Shown here piece after piece: positions 53,757-62,797 of a DNA stretch of 64,000 nucleotides. Numbering within the stretch: position 1 is the stretch's first letter; each line of letters starts with the position of its first letter. Both the position numbers and the translations under genes were made by a program. Where the stretch lies: contig JBFWUM010000002.1 of NCBI GenBank assembly GCA_050247255.1, forward strand, positions 79,488-143,487, given 5' to 3'. Source of the DNA: Vicinamibacterales bacterium (GTDB taxonomy: Bacteria; Acidobacteriota; Vicinamibacteria; Vicinamibacterales; UBA2999). Under the pieces are notes generated by a model. It was not told the origin of the DNA. It saw only the letters and a list, made by a program, of their open reading frames with translations, and searched no databases.

Positions 53757-54824
53757 ATGGTACGTGCCCTTCGACAGAGCGTGGCCAGGCTGGCCAGCAC
53801 GAACCGTCCGTTCGCGGCCGCCCTTGGCGCGGTGTTCGCGGTCGAAGGACTGGTTCGCGGCCGCCGCGGCAGCCGTGACCACCTGAGGTCCACGCTGTCG
53901 CTGGCCCGCGGATCGACCTGGGTGGCCGGCCGGCCGATGAACATCACCATCGAGCCGACCAACGCCTGCAACCTCGGATGTCCCGTCTGCGAAACCGGCG
54001 AAGGAACGCTCGGCCGGACCACCGGCCACATGGCCTACGACGACTTCACACGCATCATCGATCAAATCGCGCCGCACACGAACACGCTCATGTTCTATTT
54101 CATGGGCGAGCCGTTCCTGAACAAACGCGCCTACGACATGATCCGGTATGCGAAGAGCGCCGGCATCCCGTTCATCGATACCTGCACCAACGGCGATTTC
54201 GTCGATCCCGAGCGGCTGATCAGCTGCGGGCTGGATCGCGTGAGCTTCCAGATCGGCGGCATGACGCAGGCCACGCACGAGGTCTACCGCGTGCGCGGGC
54301 AGCTCGATCGCACCCTCGGCAACCTGCGCGAGACGCTGCGCCTGCGCAACCACTACGGCGCCCCGCTCCGGGTGGAGTGCGGCTTCATCCTGATGAAGCA
54401 CAACGAGCACGAGGCGGACCGCTTCATCGAGGAGATGGCCCGCCTCGGGGTCGATCGGGCGATCGTCATCGACCCGTGCGTGCGGACCATGGCGCAGGGC
54501 GTGCAGTTCCTTCCCGTGAACCGGAAGCACTGGATTTACGACGAGGCGGCGTTCGAACGGGGGATCCTGCGGCCCAAGGTCCTGCCGGACAACGTCTGTC
54601 CGTGGATCTACTACTCGCTGTCGATCCACGTGAACGGCAACGTCGTGCCGTGTTGCCGCGACACGCGGGGGACCGAGGTGATGGGCAATATCCTGTCGCA
54701 ATCGCTCGAGGAGATCTGGAACGGGCCCAGGTACCGTGATCTCCGCGCCCGCATCCAGCGCGACCAGGGGTCGGTCGAGATTTGCCGGCTCTGTTCGAGC
54801 TACCCGGTCAGCCAGATTCGTTGA
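53757..54824 (+). CDS. Radical SAM / SPASM domain protein
   Basis: ATG 53757; the alternative is ATG at MNITIEP about 180 nt downstream. IEPTNACNLGCPVC is the CxxxCxxC cluster. The C-terminus CPWIYYSLSIHVNGNVVPCCRD...EIWNGP...ICRLC is SPASM/twitch-like. Confidence 0.85.
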   Translation: MVRALRQSVARLASTNRPFAAALGAVFAVEGLVRGRRGSRDHLRSTLSLARGSTWVAGRPMNITIEPTNACNLGCPVCETGEGTLGRTTGHMAYDDFTRIIDQIAPHTNTLMFYFMGEPFLNKRAYDMIRYAKSAGIPFIDTCTNGDFVDPERLISCGLDRVSFQIGGMTQATHEVYRVRGQLDRTLGNLRETLRLRNHYGAPLRVECGFILMKHNEHEADRFIEEMARLGVDRAIVIDPCVRTMAQGVQFLPVNRKHWIYDEAAFERGILRPKVLPDNVCPWIYYSLSIHVNGNVVPCCRDTRGTEVMGNILSQSLEEIWNGPRYRDLRARIQRDQGSVEICRLCSSYPVSQIR

Positions 54825-55942
54825 CGCCCCGCCGCGCTTCGTGGCCCGTGGCACTGCTGCTGGTAAACGTGTGCCTGGCCACCGTCGTGGCCGCGGAGCT
54901 GGCGTCGAGGGCGGCGCTGCTCGCCATCGAGCGCTGGCTTCCCGATCCCCGCGTACAGGCGGATGTCTACGCCGGGTCCGGCTGGGCGGCCGACTATTAC
55001 CGTGAGTTCCGCGAGAGCGGCGACGTCGCCTGGCAGCCGTACGTCTACTGGCGTCGGCTGCCGTATGCCGGCCGGTTCATCAACGTGGACGAGCACGGCG
55101 TCAGGCGGACGTGGCGCGCGCCCGGCGCGGGCGGCGGTCCGCTCGTGTTCGTGTTCGGCGACTCCACGGTCTGGGGATCGGGCGCCCGCGACGAGTACAC
55201 GCTGCCCTCTGAGCTTGCCAAGGCCATGGCGGCGGCCGGCGTGGAGGCGCGCGTCGTCAACCTCGGCGAGAGCGGCTACGTGACGGCGCAGTCGGTGGCG
55301 CTCCTGCTCTCGTCTCTTCGCCGCGGGGAGATTCCGGACCTCGCGGTGTTCTACGGCGGCATCGAGGACGTGTTCTCGGCCTATCAGAGTGGCACCCCTG
55401 GCCTCCCCACCAACGAGGACAATCGGCGGCTCGAGTTCAATGCGACGCGGCCGGATGGATTGCCGCAGGTCCTGCGGATGCTGACGACGGGGCTGAATGG
55501 CGTCGCCGCGTTCGTGAGGCGCCGCTCGGAGCGAACGGCGGGCGCGGCGCCCGCGTGGGACGCCGCGAGCCTGGCGGCCGCGGCGGTCGACGACTTCTGC
55601 CGCACGGCCCGGTCGGCCACCGGTCTCGGCGCGGAATTCGGGTTTCCCGTTCGCTTCTACTGGCAGCCGGTCGTCTTCGGCAAGCCGTTGCAGACGGCGT
55701 ACGAGGAGGCGGAGGCGGGCCGCTACGCCGGCGCGCGGCCGCTGTTCGAATCTGCCTACGCCCGCATGGCCGCGGCCGAACCGTGCCCGGCTGCGCCGGT
55801 GACGTACCTTGGCGATCTCTTCGCGGACACCGCTGCGCCGCTCTATGTCGACGCGCTGCACCTGTCTGAGGACGGGCATCGCCTCGTCGCCGCCGCGATC
55901 GTCCCGGAACTTCTGGACGCCTTGAGCGCGCCCCGCAAGTGA
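54821..55942 (+). CDS. SGNH/GDSL-like hydrolase family protein, partner of MBOAT copy 2
   Basis: I prefer TTG 54821 (TTGA overlap); the track start is 54782. There is an N-terminal TM anchor (WPVALLLVNVCLATVVAAEL). LVFVFGDSTVWGSG is the block I serine motif. Confidence 0.75.
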   Translation: MTPRRASWPVALLLVNVCLATVVAAELASRAALLAIERWLPDPRVQADVYAGSGWAADYYREFRESGDVAWQPYVYWRRLPYAGRFINVDEHGVRRTWRAPGAGGGPLVFVFGDSTVWGSGARDEYTLPSELAKAMAAAGVEARVVNLGESGYVTAQSVALLLSSLRRGEIPDLAVFYGGIEDVFSAYQSGTPGLPTNEDNRRLEFNATRPDGLPQVLRMLTTGLNGVAAFVRRRSERTAGAAPAWDAASLAAAAVDDFCRTARSATGLGAEFGFPVRFYWQPVVFGKPLQTAYEEAEAGRYAGARPLFESAYARMAAAEPCPAAPVTYLGDLFADTAAPLYVDALHLSEDGHRLVAAAIVPELLDALSAPRK

Positions 55943-55961
55943 CGCAGTCGGTGATCACGGC

Positions 55962-57383
55962 GTGAACTTCGTCTCGTGGCCGTTCGCGGCGCTCTTCCTT
56001 GCGGTGATGCTTGCGCGCCTGACCATCGGCCGGCGCAAGATCGAGCCCGCCTTCGTCTGGGTCCTCATCGTGGCGAGCGCCGTCTTCTATGCCTGGCACG
56101 TGCCGGCGTACCTGCTGCTGCTGCTCACGAGTGCGGTCGTCGACTTCGCCGCCGCACGGCTGCTCGCGCAGTCGGCGGCGAGGGACCGGGGGCGGCGCCG
56201 GGCCATTCTCGTCACCTCGCTGGCCGTCAACCTCGGCCTGCTGGCGGCGTTCAAGTATGGGAACTTCCTGCTGACGGCGACCGGCGACCTCGCCTCGGCG
56301 CTCGGCCTGCCGGTGAACCTGCCGGTGCTGGCGCTCGTCCTGCCGATCGGCCTGAGCTTCTACACGTTCCAGTCGATGTCCTACACCATCGACGTCTATC
56401 GCGGCGTGCTCGCGCCGGCGCCCGACTTCAAGCGATTCTTTCTGTTCATCGCCTTCTTTCCCCAGCTCGTGGCGGGCCCCATCGTCCGGGCCTCCGAATT
56501 TCTGCCTCAGCTCCAGCGGCCGCGCCGGCTGCAGGCGGGGATGTTTCTCGAGGGCTGCTGGCTGATCCTCGCCGGGTATTTCCTGAAAGTCGTCTGCGCC
56601 GACAACCTGGGCCTGTTCGTCAATGCGCACTGGAACGAGGCGTACAGTCCGGAGTCCAATGCCACGCTGGCCCTGGTCACGGCGCTGGCCTTCTCCGGTC
56701 AGATCTTCGCGGACTTCGCCGGCTATTCGAGCATTGCCCGCGGGCTGGCCTACCTGCTCGGCTATCGGCTTCCGATCAATTTCAATGCCCCGTACATCGC
56801 CGCGTCGCTGCGCGGGTTCTGGCGCCGCTGGCACATCACCCTCTCCACGTGGCTGCGTGACTACCTGTACCTGCCATTGGGGGGCAACCGCGGCTCGCGG
56901 CGGCGCACGTACGTGAACCTCCTCGCCGTCATGGTCCTCGGCGGACTCTGGCACGGCGCCGCCTACACCTTCATCGCGTGGGGCGCGCTGCACGGGGCCG
57001 CACTCGCGCTGGAGCGGTGGCTCGGGTTCCACCGCGACGACGGGCGCTGGTCGTTCCGTGCGGTCGGACTCGTCTGGCCCGTCGTCACGCAGGTCGTCGT
57101 GCTCGTGGCGTGGATCTTCTTCCGGAGCGAGACCATCACCGGCGCCTTCGCCTTCGCCGCTAACCTGTTCACCTTCGACTTCGGCCCGCCGCCGCCCGGC
57201 GCGCTGACCGCGGCGCTGTTCCTGCTGCCGCTCGCCGGACTGCACGCCTGGGCGTGGATGGAGGAGCGCCGCCTGATGGCGGCTCCGTCGCGCGGCGTCA
57301 GGGCGGTGCTGGCGGGAGCGATGATCTGCGGGCTGCTCGTCGTGCCGGGCGACACGAGCGACTTCATCTACTTCCAGTTCTGA
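55962..57383 (+). CDS. MBOAT family O-acyltransferase (AlgI/DltB-like), copy 2
   Basis: (M)NFVSWPFAALFLAV and WRRWHITLSTWLRDYLYLPLGGNRGS...GGLWHGAAY are collinear with copy 1. Confidence 0.9.
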   Translation: MNFVSWPFAALFLAVMLARLTIGRRKIEPAFVWVLIVASAVFYAWHVPAYLLLLLTSAVVDFAAARLLAQSAARDRGRRRAILVTSLAVNLGLLAAFKYGNFLLTATGDLASALGLPVNLPVLALVLPIGLSFYTFQSMSYTIDVYRGVLAPAPDFKRFFLFIAFFPQLVAGPIVRASEFLPQLQRPRRLQAGMFLEGCWLILAGYFLKVVCADNLGLFVNAHWNEAYSPESNATLALVTALAFSGQIFADFAGYSSIARGLAYLLGYRLPINFNAPYIAASLRGFWRRWHITLSTWLRDYLYLPLGGNRGSRRRTYVNLLAVMVLGGLWHGAAYTFIAWGALHGAALALERWLGFHRDDGRWSFRAVGLVWPVVTQVVVLVAWIFFRSETITGAFAFAANLFTFDFGPPPPGALTAALFLLPLAGLHAWAWMEERRLMAAPSRGVRAVLAGAMICGLLVVPGDTSDFIYFQF

Positions 57384-58559
57384 TTGACCACGCCGCTGCG
57401 CATCGCCAACTTCATGGACTCGTCGCTCGAGGCGCTCGAGCGGAAGGGCAACCTGTCCCACGCGCTCGCGCTCTACAACCCGCGCGGCATCGCCGAGAAG
57501 GTGATTCACTTCACGCCGTTTCCCGCGGACAGCCGGTATGCAGGCCGCTTCGCCGAAGCGGGCGTGGACGTTGTGCCATTCTTCATCGGGCGTACGCGCG
57601 GCATCCTCGGGTCGGCGGCCGCCGTCCCGGCGGCGCTGGTGAAAGTCGTCGCGACGATGCGGCGTGAGCGCATTACGCTCGTTCGGGGGCGCGCGCCGTA
57701 TTTCGGCAGCCTGCTCGGCGCCATCGCCGGGCGCCTGCTCGGCATTCCGACGGTCGTCTCCCTCGGCGGCGACAACCGGCTGGTGCAGGTGCGAGAGCAG
57801 CGCTACTACTTCGGCAGCCGATGGCTGTCCTTCGGCATGGAGTGGCTGGTGCTGCGGCTTGCCAATGCCATCATCGTCCCGAACCAGTTCACGCGGGACT
57901 ACGTCGCAGCGATCATCGGAAAGCGAGCGGCTCATCGGAAGGCGACGGTGATCCCATGGATCCTGGAGCGCATGCTCGACGAGCAGCGATCGCCGGCGCC
58001 GGTGGAACCGACGGCCCTCGGGCTCGACCCCGCAACCCCGTACGTCCTGATCGTCGGTCATCTCAATCACTACAAGTTCTCAAAGGAGATGTTCGACGTG
58101 GCCGCGGACGTGCTCGCCCGCAGGCCGGGCGCGCTTCAGTTCGTGTTCTGCGGCGATGGGCACCTCAGGCCCGAGGGTGAGCGCCGCTTTGCCGGGGTGC
58201 CCGGGGTGCGCTTCATGGGGTGGCAGCCGAACGAAACGGTGCTCGGCCTGATGCTCGGCGCCGCCGCCATCCTGATCCCGATGTCGGGCTTCGTGCTGCT
58301 GGAAGCCGCGGCGCTCGGCCGGCCGGTGCTGGTGTCCGACATCGAATGGCACCGTGAGATGGTGACGGAGGGGGTGAGTGGCTGGCTGCTTCCACCGCAG
58401 TCCCCCTCGCTCTGGGTCGAGCGGCTGATCTGGCTGCTCGACCATCAGGCCGCCGCCGCCGCCGCCGGGGCACGGCTCCGCGAGCGATTCCTGGAGGCCT
58501 ATACGCCGGCGGCCGCATTCGCCGCCGAGGCGCAGCTATACGCCCGGCTCACCGCGTGA
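57384..58559 (+). CDS. Glycosyltransferase family 4/1 (GT-B)
   Basis: The TTG start abuts the upstream TGA. The C-terminus GFVLLEAAALGRPVLVSDIEWHREMV is the EX7E-type motif region. Confidence 0.8.
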   Translation: MTTPLRIANFMDSSLEALERKGNLSHALALYNPRGIAEKVIHFTPFPADSRYAGRFAEAGVDVVPFFIGRTRGILGSAAAVPAALVKVVATMRRERITLVRGRAPYFGSLLGAIAGRLLGIPTVVSLGGDNRLVQVREQRYYFGSRWLSFGMEWLVLRLANAIIVPNQFTRDYVAAIIGKRAAHRKATVIPWILERMLDEQRSPAPVEPTALGLDPATPYVLIVGHLNHYKFSKEMFDVAADVLARRPGALQFVFCGDGHLRPEGERRFAGVPGVRFMGWQPNETVLGLMLGAAAILIPMSGFVLLEAAALGRPVLVSDIEWHREMVTEGVSGWLLPPQSPSLWVERLIWLLDHQAAAAAAGARLRERFLEAYTPAAAFAAEAQLYARLTA

Positions 58560-59716
58560 GAATCCTGACCGTCGTCGGCGCCCGTCCGCAGTTCATCAAG
58601 GCCTCGGCCGTGTCCCGGGTGCTGGAGGCAGCCGGGCTGCACGAAGTGCTCGTGCACACCGGCCAGCACTTCGACGACGACATGTCGTCGGTGTTCTTTC
58701 GTGAGCTCGGCCTGCGCCCGCCACACTACGAGCTGGGGATCAACGGCGGGAGCCACGGACAGATGACCGGCCGCATGCTGGAGCGGGTCGAGGAGGTCAT
58801 CCTCCGCGAACAACCCAGCGCCGTGCTCGTGTACGGCGACACGAATTCGACGCTGGCAGGCGCGCTCGCCGCGGCGAAAGTCCCCGTTCCAGCGGTGCAT
58901 GTCGAGGCGGGGCTGCGCTCGTTTCGTCGCGCGATGCCAGAAGAGGTCAATCGGGTACTGACCGATCACGTGTCGTCCCTGTTGTGCTGTTCCTCGCGCA
59001 CGTCGGTCGACCATCTGCGCCGTGAGGGATTCCAGGGACTGGTCGGCGACGGGGCCCTGGTCACCGGTGACGAACCGCTGCCCGGGCGCGCGCCATGGGT
59101 GGCCAACGTCGGAGACGTGATGTTCGACGTGCAGATCCGGGCACGGGACCTTGCCGCCGCCCGAAGCACCGTGCGCGAGCAGCTCGGCGTGCGGCCGGGC
59201 GACTATGCGGTGCTCACGATTCACCGCGCCGAAAACACGACGTCCGTCGACGCATTGACGCGCCTGCTCGATCCGGTGACGAAGCTGGCGGCGCGGATGC
59301 CGGTGGTCTTCGCGCTGCATCCCAGGACCGAGGCACTGTTGCGCGCGGGAGACGCCTATGAGCGGCTGGCCGCGTCGCCGGGCATGGTCCTGACCCGGCC
59401 GCTTCCGTACCTCGACTTCCTTCACCTGCAGGCCGGCGCCCGCGCCATCCTCACCGACTCGGGCGGCATGCAGAAGGAGGCCTTCTGGCTGCGCGTTCCC
59501 TGCCTGACCTTGCGGGACGAAACGGAGTGGCCGGAGACGACGGCCGGAGGGTGGAATCGGATCATGGGCTCCGCGCCGGGTGATCTTGGCGCGGCGCTCG
59601 ATCTCACGCCGGACCCGGCCACAGACATCGGCGTATTCGGCCGCGGTGATGCTGCCGAACGCATCGTTCGGCTACTCGGCAGTTTCTGTGCCGGTGATCG
59701 CGTGCGAGCGTTTTGA
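58556..59716 (+). CDS. wecB: UDP-N-acetylglucosamine 2-epimerase (non-hydrolysing)
   Basis: GTG 58556 (GTGA overlap). (M)RILTVVGARPQFIKASAV, HTGQHFD, VLVYGDTNSTLAGALAA, HVEAGLRSF, EEVNR and TDSGGMQKEA are present. Confidence 0.9.
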   Translation: MRILTVVGARPQFIKASAVSRVLEAAGLHEVLVHTGQHFDDDMSSVFFRELGLRPPHYELGINGGSHGQMTGRMLERVEEVILREQPSAVLVYGDTNSTLAGALAAAKVPVPAVHVEAGLRSFRRAMPEEVNRVLTDHVSSLLCCSSRTSVDHLRREGFQGLVGDGALVTGDEPLPGRAPWVANVGDVMFDVQIRARDLAAARSTVREQLGVRPGDYAVLTIHRAENTTSVDALTRLLDPVTKLAARMPVVFALHPRTEALLRAGDAYERLAASPGMVLTRPLPYLDFLHLQAGARAILTDSGGMQKEAFWLRVPCLTLRDETEWPETTAGGWNRIMGSAPGDLGAALDLTPDPATDIGVFGRGDAAERIVRLLGSFCAGDRVRAF

Positions 59717-60999
59717 TGAAGCGGGTACTGTTCATCTCGTACTTCTACCCACCCTATCGCAGCGTTGGCGCGACCCGCGTCTCGAAGATGACGAGGTACC
59801 TGGCGGATGTCGGATGGGAGGCGCACGTCCTGACGGTCGATGCCGCCGATCTTCCCGCGGGAGCGCCGATCGAAGTGCCCGAGCAGCGGATTTATCGCAT
59901 CCCCTGCTCCTTCGACGTGATGGCGCTCCCCCGCATGCTCGTGGGCCGAGGTGCGGTCACGGCCCGCGGCTCCGAAACCACCGATTCCTGGAAGTCCGCC
60001 TCGCTCTGGAGGCTTGGGCAGGCGTACCGCAACGTGGTCTGCTTTCCCGATGCGCAGGTGGGCTGGGCGGCACCGGCCGCACGCGCGGCAATCCGGCTGA
60101 TTGGCGAGGTGCGCCCGCATGTGCTGGTCAGCAGTTCGCTGCCGAACGCCAGTCACCTGGCGGCGTGGCGCGCGGCGGCGGCCACCGGGATTCCGTGGGT
60201 GGCCGAGCTGCGCGATCTCTGGACGGACAATCACAACTTTCGCCGAATTCCGCCGCTGCGATATCTGGAACGCCGGCTCGAACACAAGGTGCTCAGCCGC
60301 GCCGATGCCCTCGTGACTCCGTCAGGCGTCTGGTCTGATGCCCTGGCGCGACGGTTCTCCCGGCCGACCTACGTGGTGCCAAACGGCTTCGATCCGCTCG
60401 ATTATCCAGACGGATGTCCGCCGGCCGGACGGATGGAACTCGTCTACACTGGGATGTTCTACAACGGCAAACAGAATCCGGACCCGCTGTTCGGCGCCGT
60501 TGCGTCGCTTGCGCAAAGCGGCGCCATCCGCCCGGAGGCTTTCCGCCTGCGGTTCGTCGGGCAGTATCTGGCGCCCCTTGCCGCGCGCGCCGAGGCAGCC
60601 GGCATCGGCCCTTTCGTGGCGGTTGAACCTCCGGTGCCCTATCGGGACGCGCTCGGATTGCAGAAGTCGGCGACGGCTCTCGTCTTCTTCGACTGGGCCG
60701 ATGGACGCGAGAAGGGCTGGTACTCGGCGAAGATCTATGAATACCTCGGAGCTGGCCGGCCGGTGATCAGCATCGGACCCCAGGGGAGTGTCGTCGCTGA
60801 TCTGCTTCGCCGTACGGGAGCCGGCCAGACGGCGTCGACCCGCGACGAGGCGCGCGCGATCCTGGCTGGATGGCTCGACGAGCAGTCGTCCACCGGGGGC
60901 GTCACCTGCCGGAGTGATGCTGAGTCGCTGCGACCATACTGGCGGCAGACTGCCGCTGCAACGCTTGGTCGCATCCTGGATGCCCATGCTCGCTTCTAG
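59716..60999 (+). CDS. Glycosyltransferase family 4-like (GT-B)
   Basis: The ATG overlaps the wecB TGA (TGATG). MKRVLFISYFYPPYRSVGATRVSKM and a C-terminal KIYEYLGAGRPVI are present. Confidence 0.75.
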   Translation: MKRVLFISYFYPPYRSVGATRVSKMTRYLADVGWEAHVLTVDAADLPAGAPIEVPEQRIYRIPCSFDVMALPRMLVGRGAVTARGSETTDSWKSASLWRLGQAYRNVVCFPDAQVGWAAPAARAAIRLIGEVRPHVLVSSSLPNASHLAAWRAAAATGIPWVAELRDLWTDNHNFRRIPPLRYLERRLEHKVLSRADALVTPSGVWSDALARRFSRPTYVVPNGFDPLDYPDGCPPAGRMELVYTGMFYNGKQNPDPLFGAVASLAQSGAIRPEAFRLRFVGQYLAPLAARAEAAGIGPFVAVEPPVPYRDALGLQKSATALVFFDWADGREKGWYSAKIYEYLGAGRPVISIGPQGSVVADLLRRTGAGQTASTRDEARAILAGWLDEQSSTGGVTCRSDAESLRPYWRQTAAATLGRILDAHARF

Positions 61000-62797
61000 G
61001 CCGGGCGCGCAAGTGACCGCCGGTGTCGTGGCTCTGGCAGCGGTGGCGGCAGTGGCGGCATCGTACGCGGACGCCCCGCCGTGGACGGTCGCGGTGGCGC
61101 TGGCCACCTTCTCGTTGCTGGCCTGGGTTCTCGATCGCACGGCCGGCGCCGCCGCGTATGTCATGGCACTCGGTGTCCAGGTCGCACAGTCGCTGACGCT
61201 GCTCCGAGTGGCGCTCGCCGACTTCCTGATCCTGCCGGTCATCGTCAAGTCGGCCGGGGACGTGCTCTTGAAGCGCGCCAGGTTGCCGCGTACGACGCTC
61301 GGTGCGCCCTTTGCGGCACTTCTGGCAGTGATGGCTGCAGCGACCGCCATCGGCTACGTGCGGCATGGCACGATAAGCACCTACGTCCTCTTCAACAAGG
61401 ACGCCGGCGTCGTGTTCCTGGTGCTCGCGAGCCTGGCGCTGGCCATGCAGCTGCGCTCGACCGCCGATGTCGTGCGTCTTGTCAATCTCTTCGTCGTCGC
61501 CGGTTCGGTAACCAACGCGCTGGCGCTCGGGGGCGTGGCGTTGAGCATGACCGTGCTGCCCAATCCGCTCTATCTGAGCAATCAGCGGATGTACGGGTGG
61601 CTCCTGAACCCCAGTAACTGGGCGGGCTACGTCGCCATGATCGCGGCGCTCGAGCTGCCCCGGCTGGCAGACGGCCGGCCCGGCTCCTGGAAGGTCCTGC
61701 GGGGCGCAAACTTCGCGCTGCTCCTGTTGTCGGTAGGGTTGACGGTCTCCCGCAGTGCCTGGCTGAGCCTGGCGGGCAGCGCCGTCGTGCTGCTGGCCCT
61801 GCTGGCGGTGCGGCGAATCCAGGGACAGCGCGTTCGCCTCGCACCAGCGGTCGCTGCGACGGTGACCGCGGTTGCGTTCATGATCCCTCTTGGGTGGGTC
61901 GCGATTGTCCAGTGGACGAGTCTGCTGACGGTCCAGTCGGCGCCGAGCGAAGCGGCGGGCGAGTTGCGGGCCCGGCTCAGCGACTCGTGCGCGATCACAT
62001 GGAGGCCCGAATTGTGCGCTCGGGTCCCGGATGACCAGGTTCGAGTGGCGCGCCAGCGCCTTGTGGATGCCGCCCAGTGCGCGCGCGCCTGGGAGCCATC
62101 GTGCTCGGTGTTCTCGGAAGGCGATCTCGCATCGGCAGAAATACGGCTGCGCAGCGCGGCGCGCAACTGCGTCAGCGGCCCGGCGCCGCGCGAGTGCCTC
62201 GACCAGTTGCCGGCAGCAGCGCTCGACGCGGCGAGGGCAGAGCTCGAGCGGGTCGCAGCGACTCCCGAGCAGGCGCCGGTTCCCGATCGGGGTAGCTCGT
62301 CGGCGGACCGGGCACCGAGACCAGGCCTCCTTGCGCTCCGGGACGGCGCCATGCTGAACGCGCGAGGGCTCGAGGACCGCGCGGCGATCCTCGCTGTTGC
62401 CTGGCGTGACTATACGGCCAGTCCGGCAACGCTCGCCCTGGGCATCGGCCTCGGCACCTTCCTCGCCACGTCCGCTGCCGATTTCGGCGTGCCGCTCATC
62501 ATCCACAACACGCCGCTGTGGTTCCTCATCGAGATGGGACCGGCCGGGCTCCTCGTTTTGTTGTGGATCGCGTCCGTCGCGGGCCGGAACCTGTGGGTGA
62601 CGATGCAGGCCGAGGACGCCACCGGAGACGTCGCCACCGGGCTGCTGCTGGCCTTGGCGTTCTGGTCGTCGTACGCGCTCTTCAATGAGGGGTTCTATCT
62701 GCGGCACTTCTGGCTCGTATTGCTCGCGGCCGATCAGCTGTATGTCCACCGCAAACGCCTCGCGCCGGCATCTCCTGGGTCAGTGATCGCCGGATGA
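60980..62797 (+). CDS. O-antigen ligase/polymerase family (Wzy_C-like) membrane protein with a large Cys-repeat loop insert
   Basis: Start ATG 60980 (MPMLASRPG), chosen inside track ORF 60788..62797. It is multi-pass, with LLSVGLTVSRSAWLSL (Wzy_C-like core) and a ~170-aa hydrophilic insert before the last TM segments. Confidence 0.7.
   Translation: MPMLASRPGAQVTAGVVALAAVAAVAASYADAPPWTVAVALATFSLLAWVLDRTAGAAAYVMALGVQVAQSLTLLRVALADFLILPVIVKSAGDVLLKRARLPRTTLGAPFAALLAVMAAATAIGYVRHGTISTYVLFNKDAGVVFLVLASLALAMQLRSTADVVRLVNLFVVAGSVTNALALGGVALSMTVLPNPLYLSNQRMYGWLLNPSNWAGYVAMIAALELPRLADGRPGSWKVLRGANFALLLLSVGLTVSRSAWLSLAGSAVVLLALLAVRRIQGQRVRLAPAVAATVTAVAFMIPLGWVAIVQWTSLLTVQSAPSEAAGELRARLSDSCAITWRPELCARVPDDQVRVARQRLVDAAQCARAWEPSCSVFSEGDLASAEIRLRSAARNCVSGPAPRECLDQLPAAALDAARAELERVAATPEQAPVPDRGSSSADRAPRPGLLALRDGAMLNARGLEDRAAILAVAWRDYTASPATLALGIGLGTFLATSAADFGVPLIIHNTPLWFLIEMGPAGLLVLLWIASVAGRNLWVTMQAEDATGDVATGLLLALAFWSSYALFNEGFYLRHFWLVLLAADQLYVHRKRLAPASPGSVIAG

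Noticed and set aside
53757-54824. Radical SAM gene as a low-GC horizontally acquired islet, and a RiPP precursor next to it.
   Set aside because: Two 60-nt lines (from 54061 and 54121) count 32/60 and 34/60 G+C, but other lines in the same gene (from 54181 and 54541) count 40-41/60. A line in the amidotransferase gene (from 27661) is also 32/60. The dip is therefore not specific or robust by eye. No small ORF fits in the flanking junctions.
55951-55958. 8-bp palindrome GTGATCAC in the 19-nt gap before MBOAT copy 2.
   Set aside because: It is too short and isolated to distinguish from chance. No T-tract or second half-site is present.
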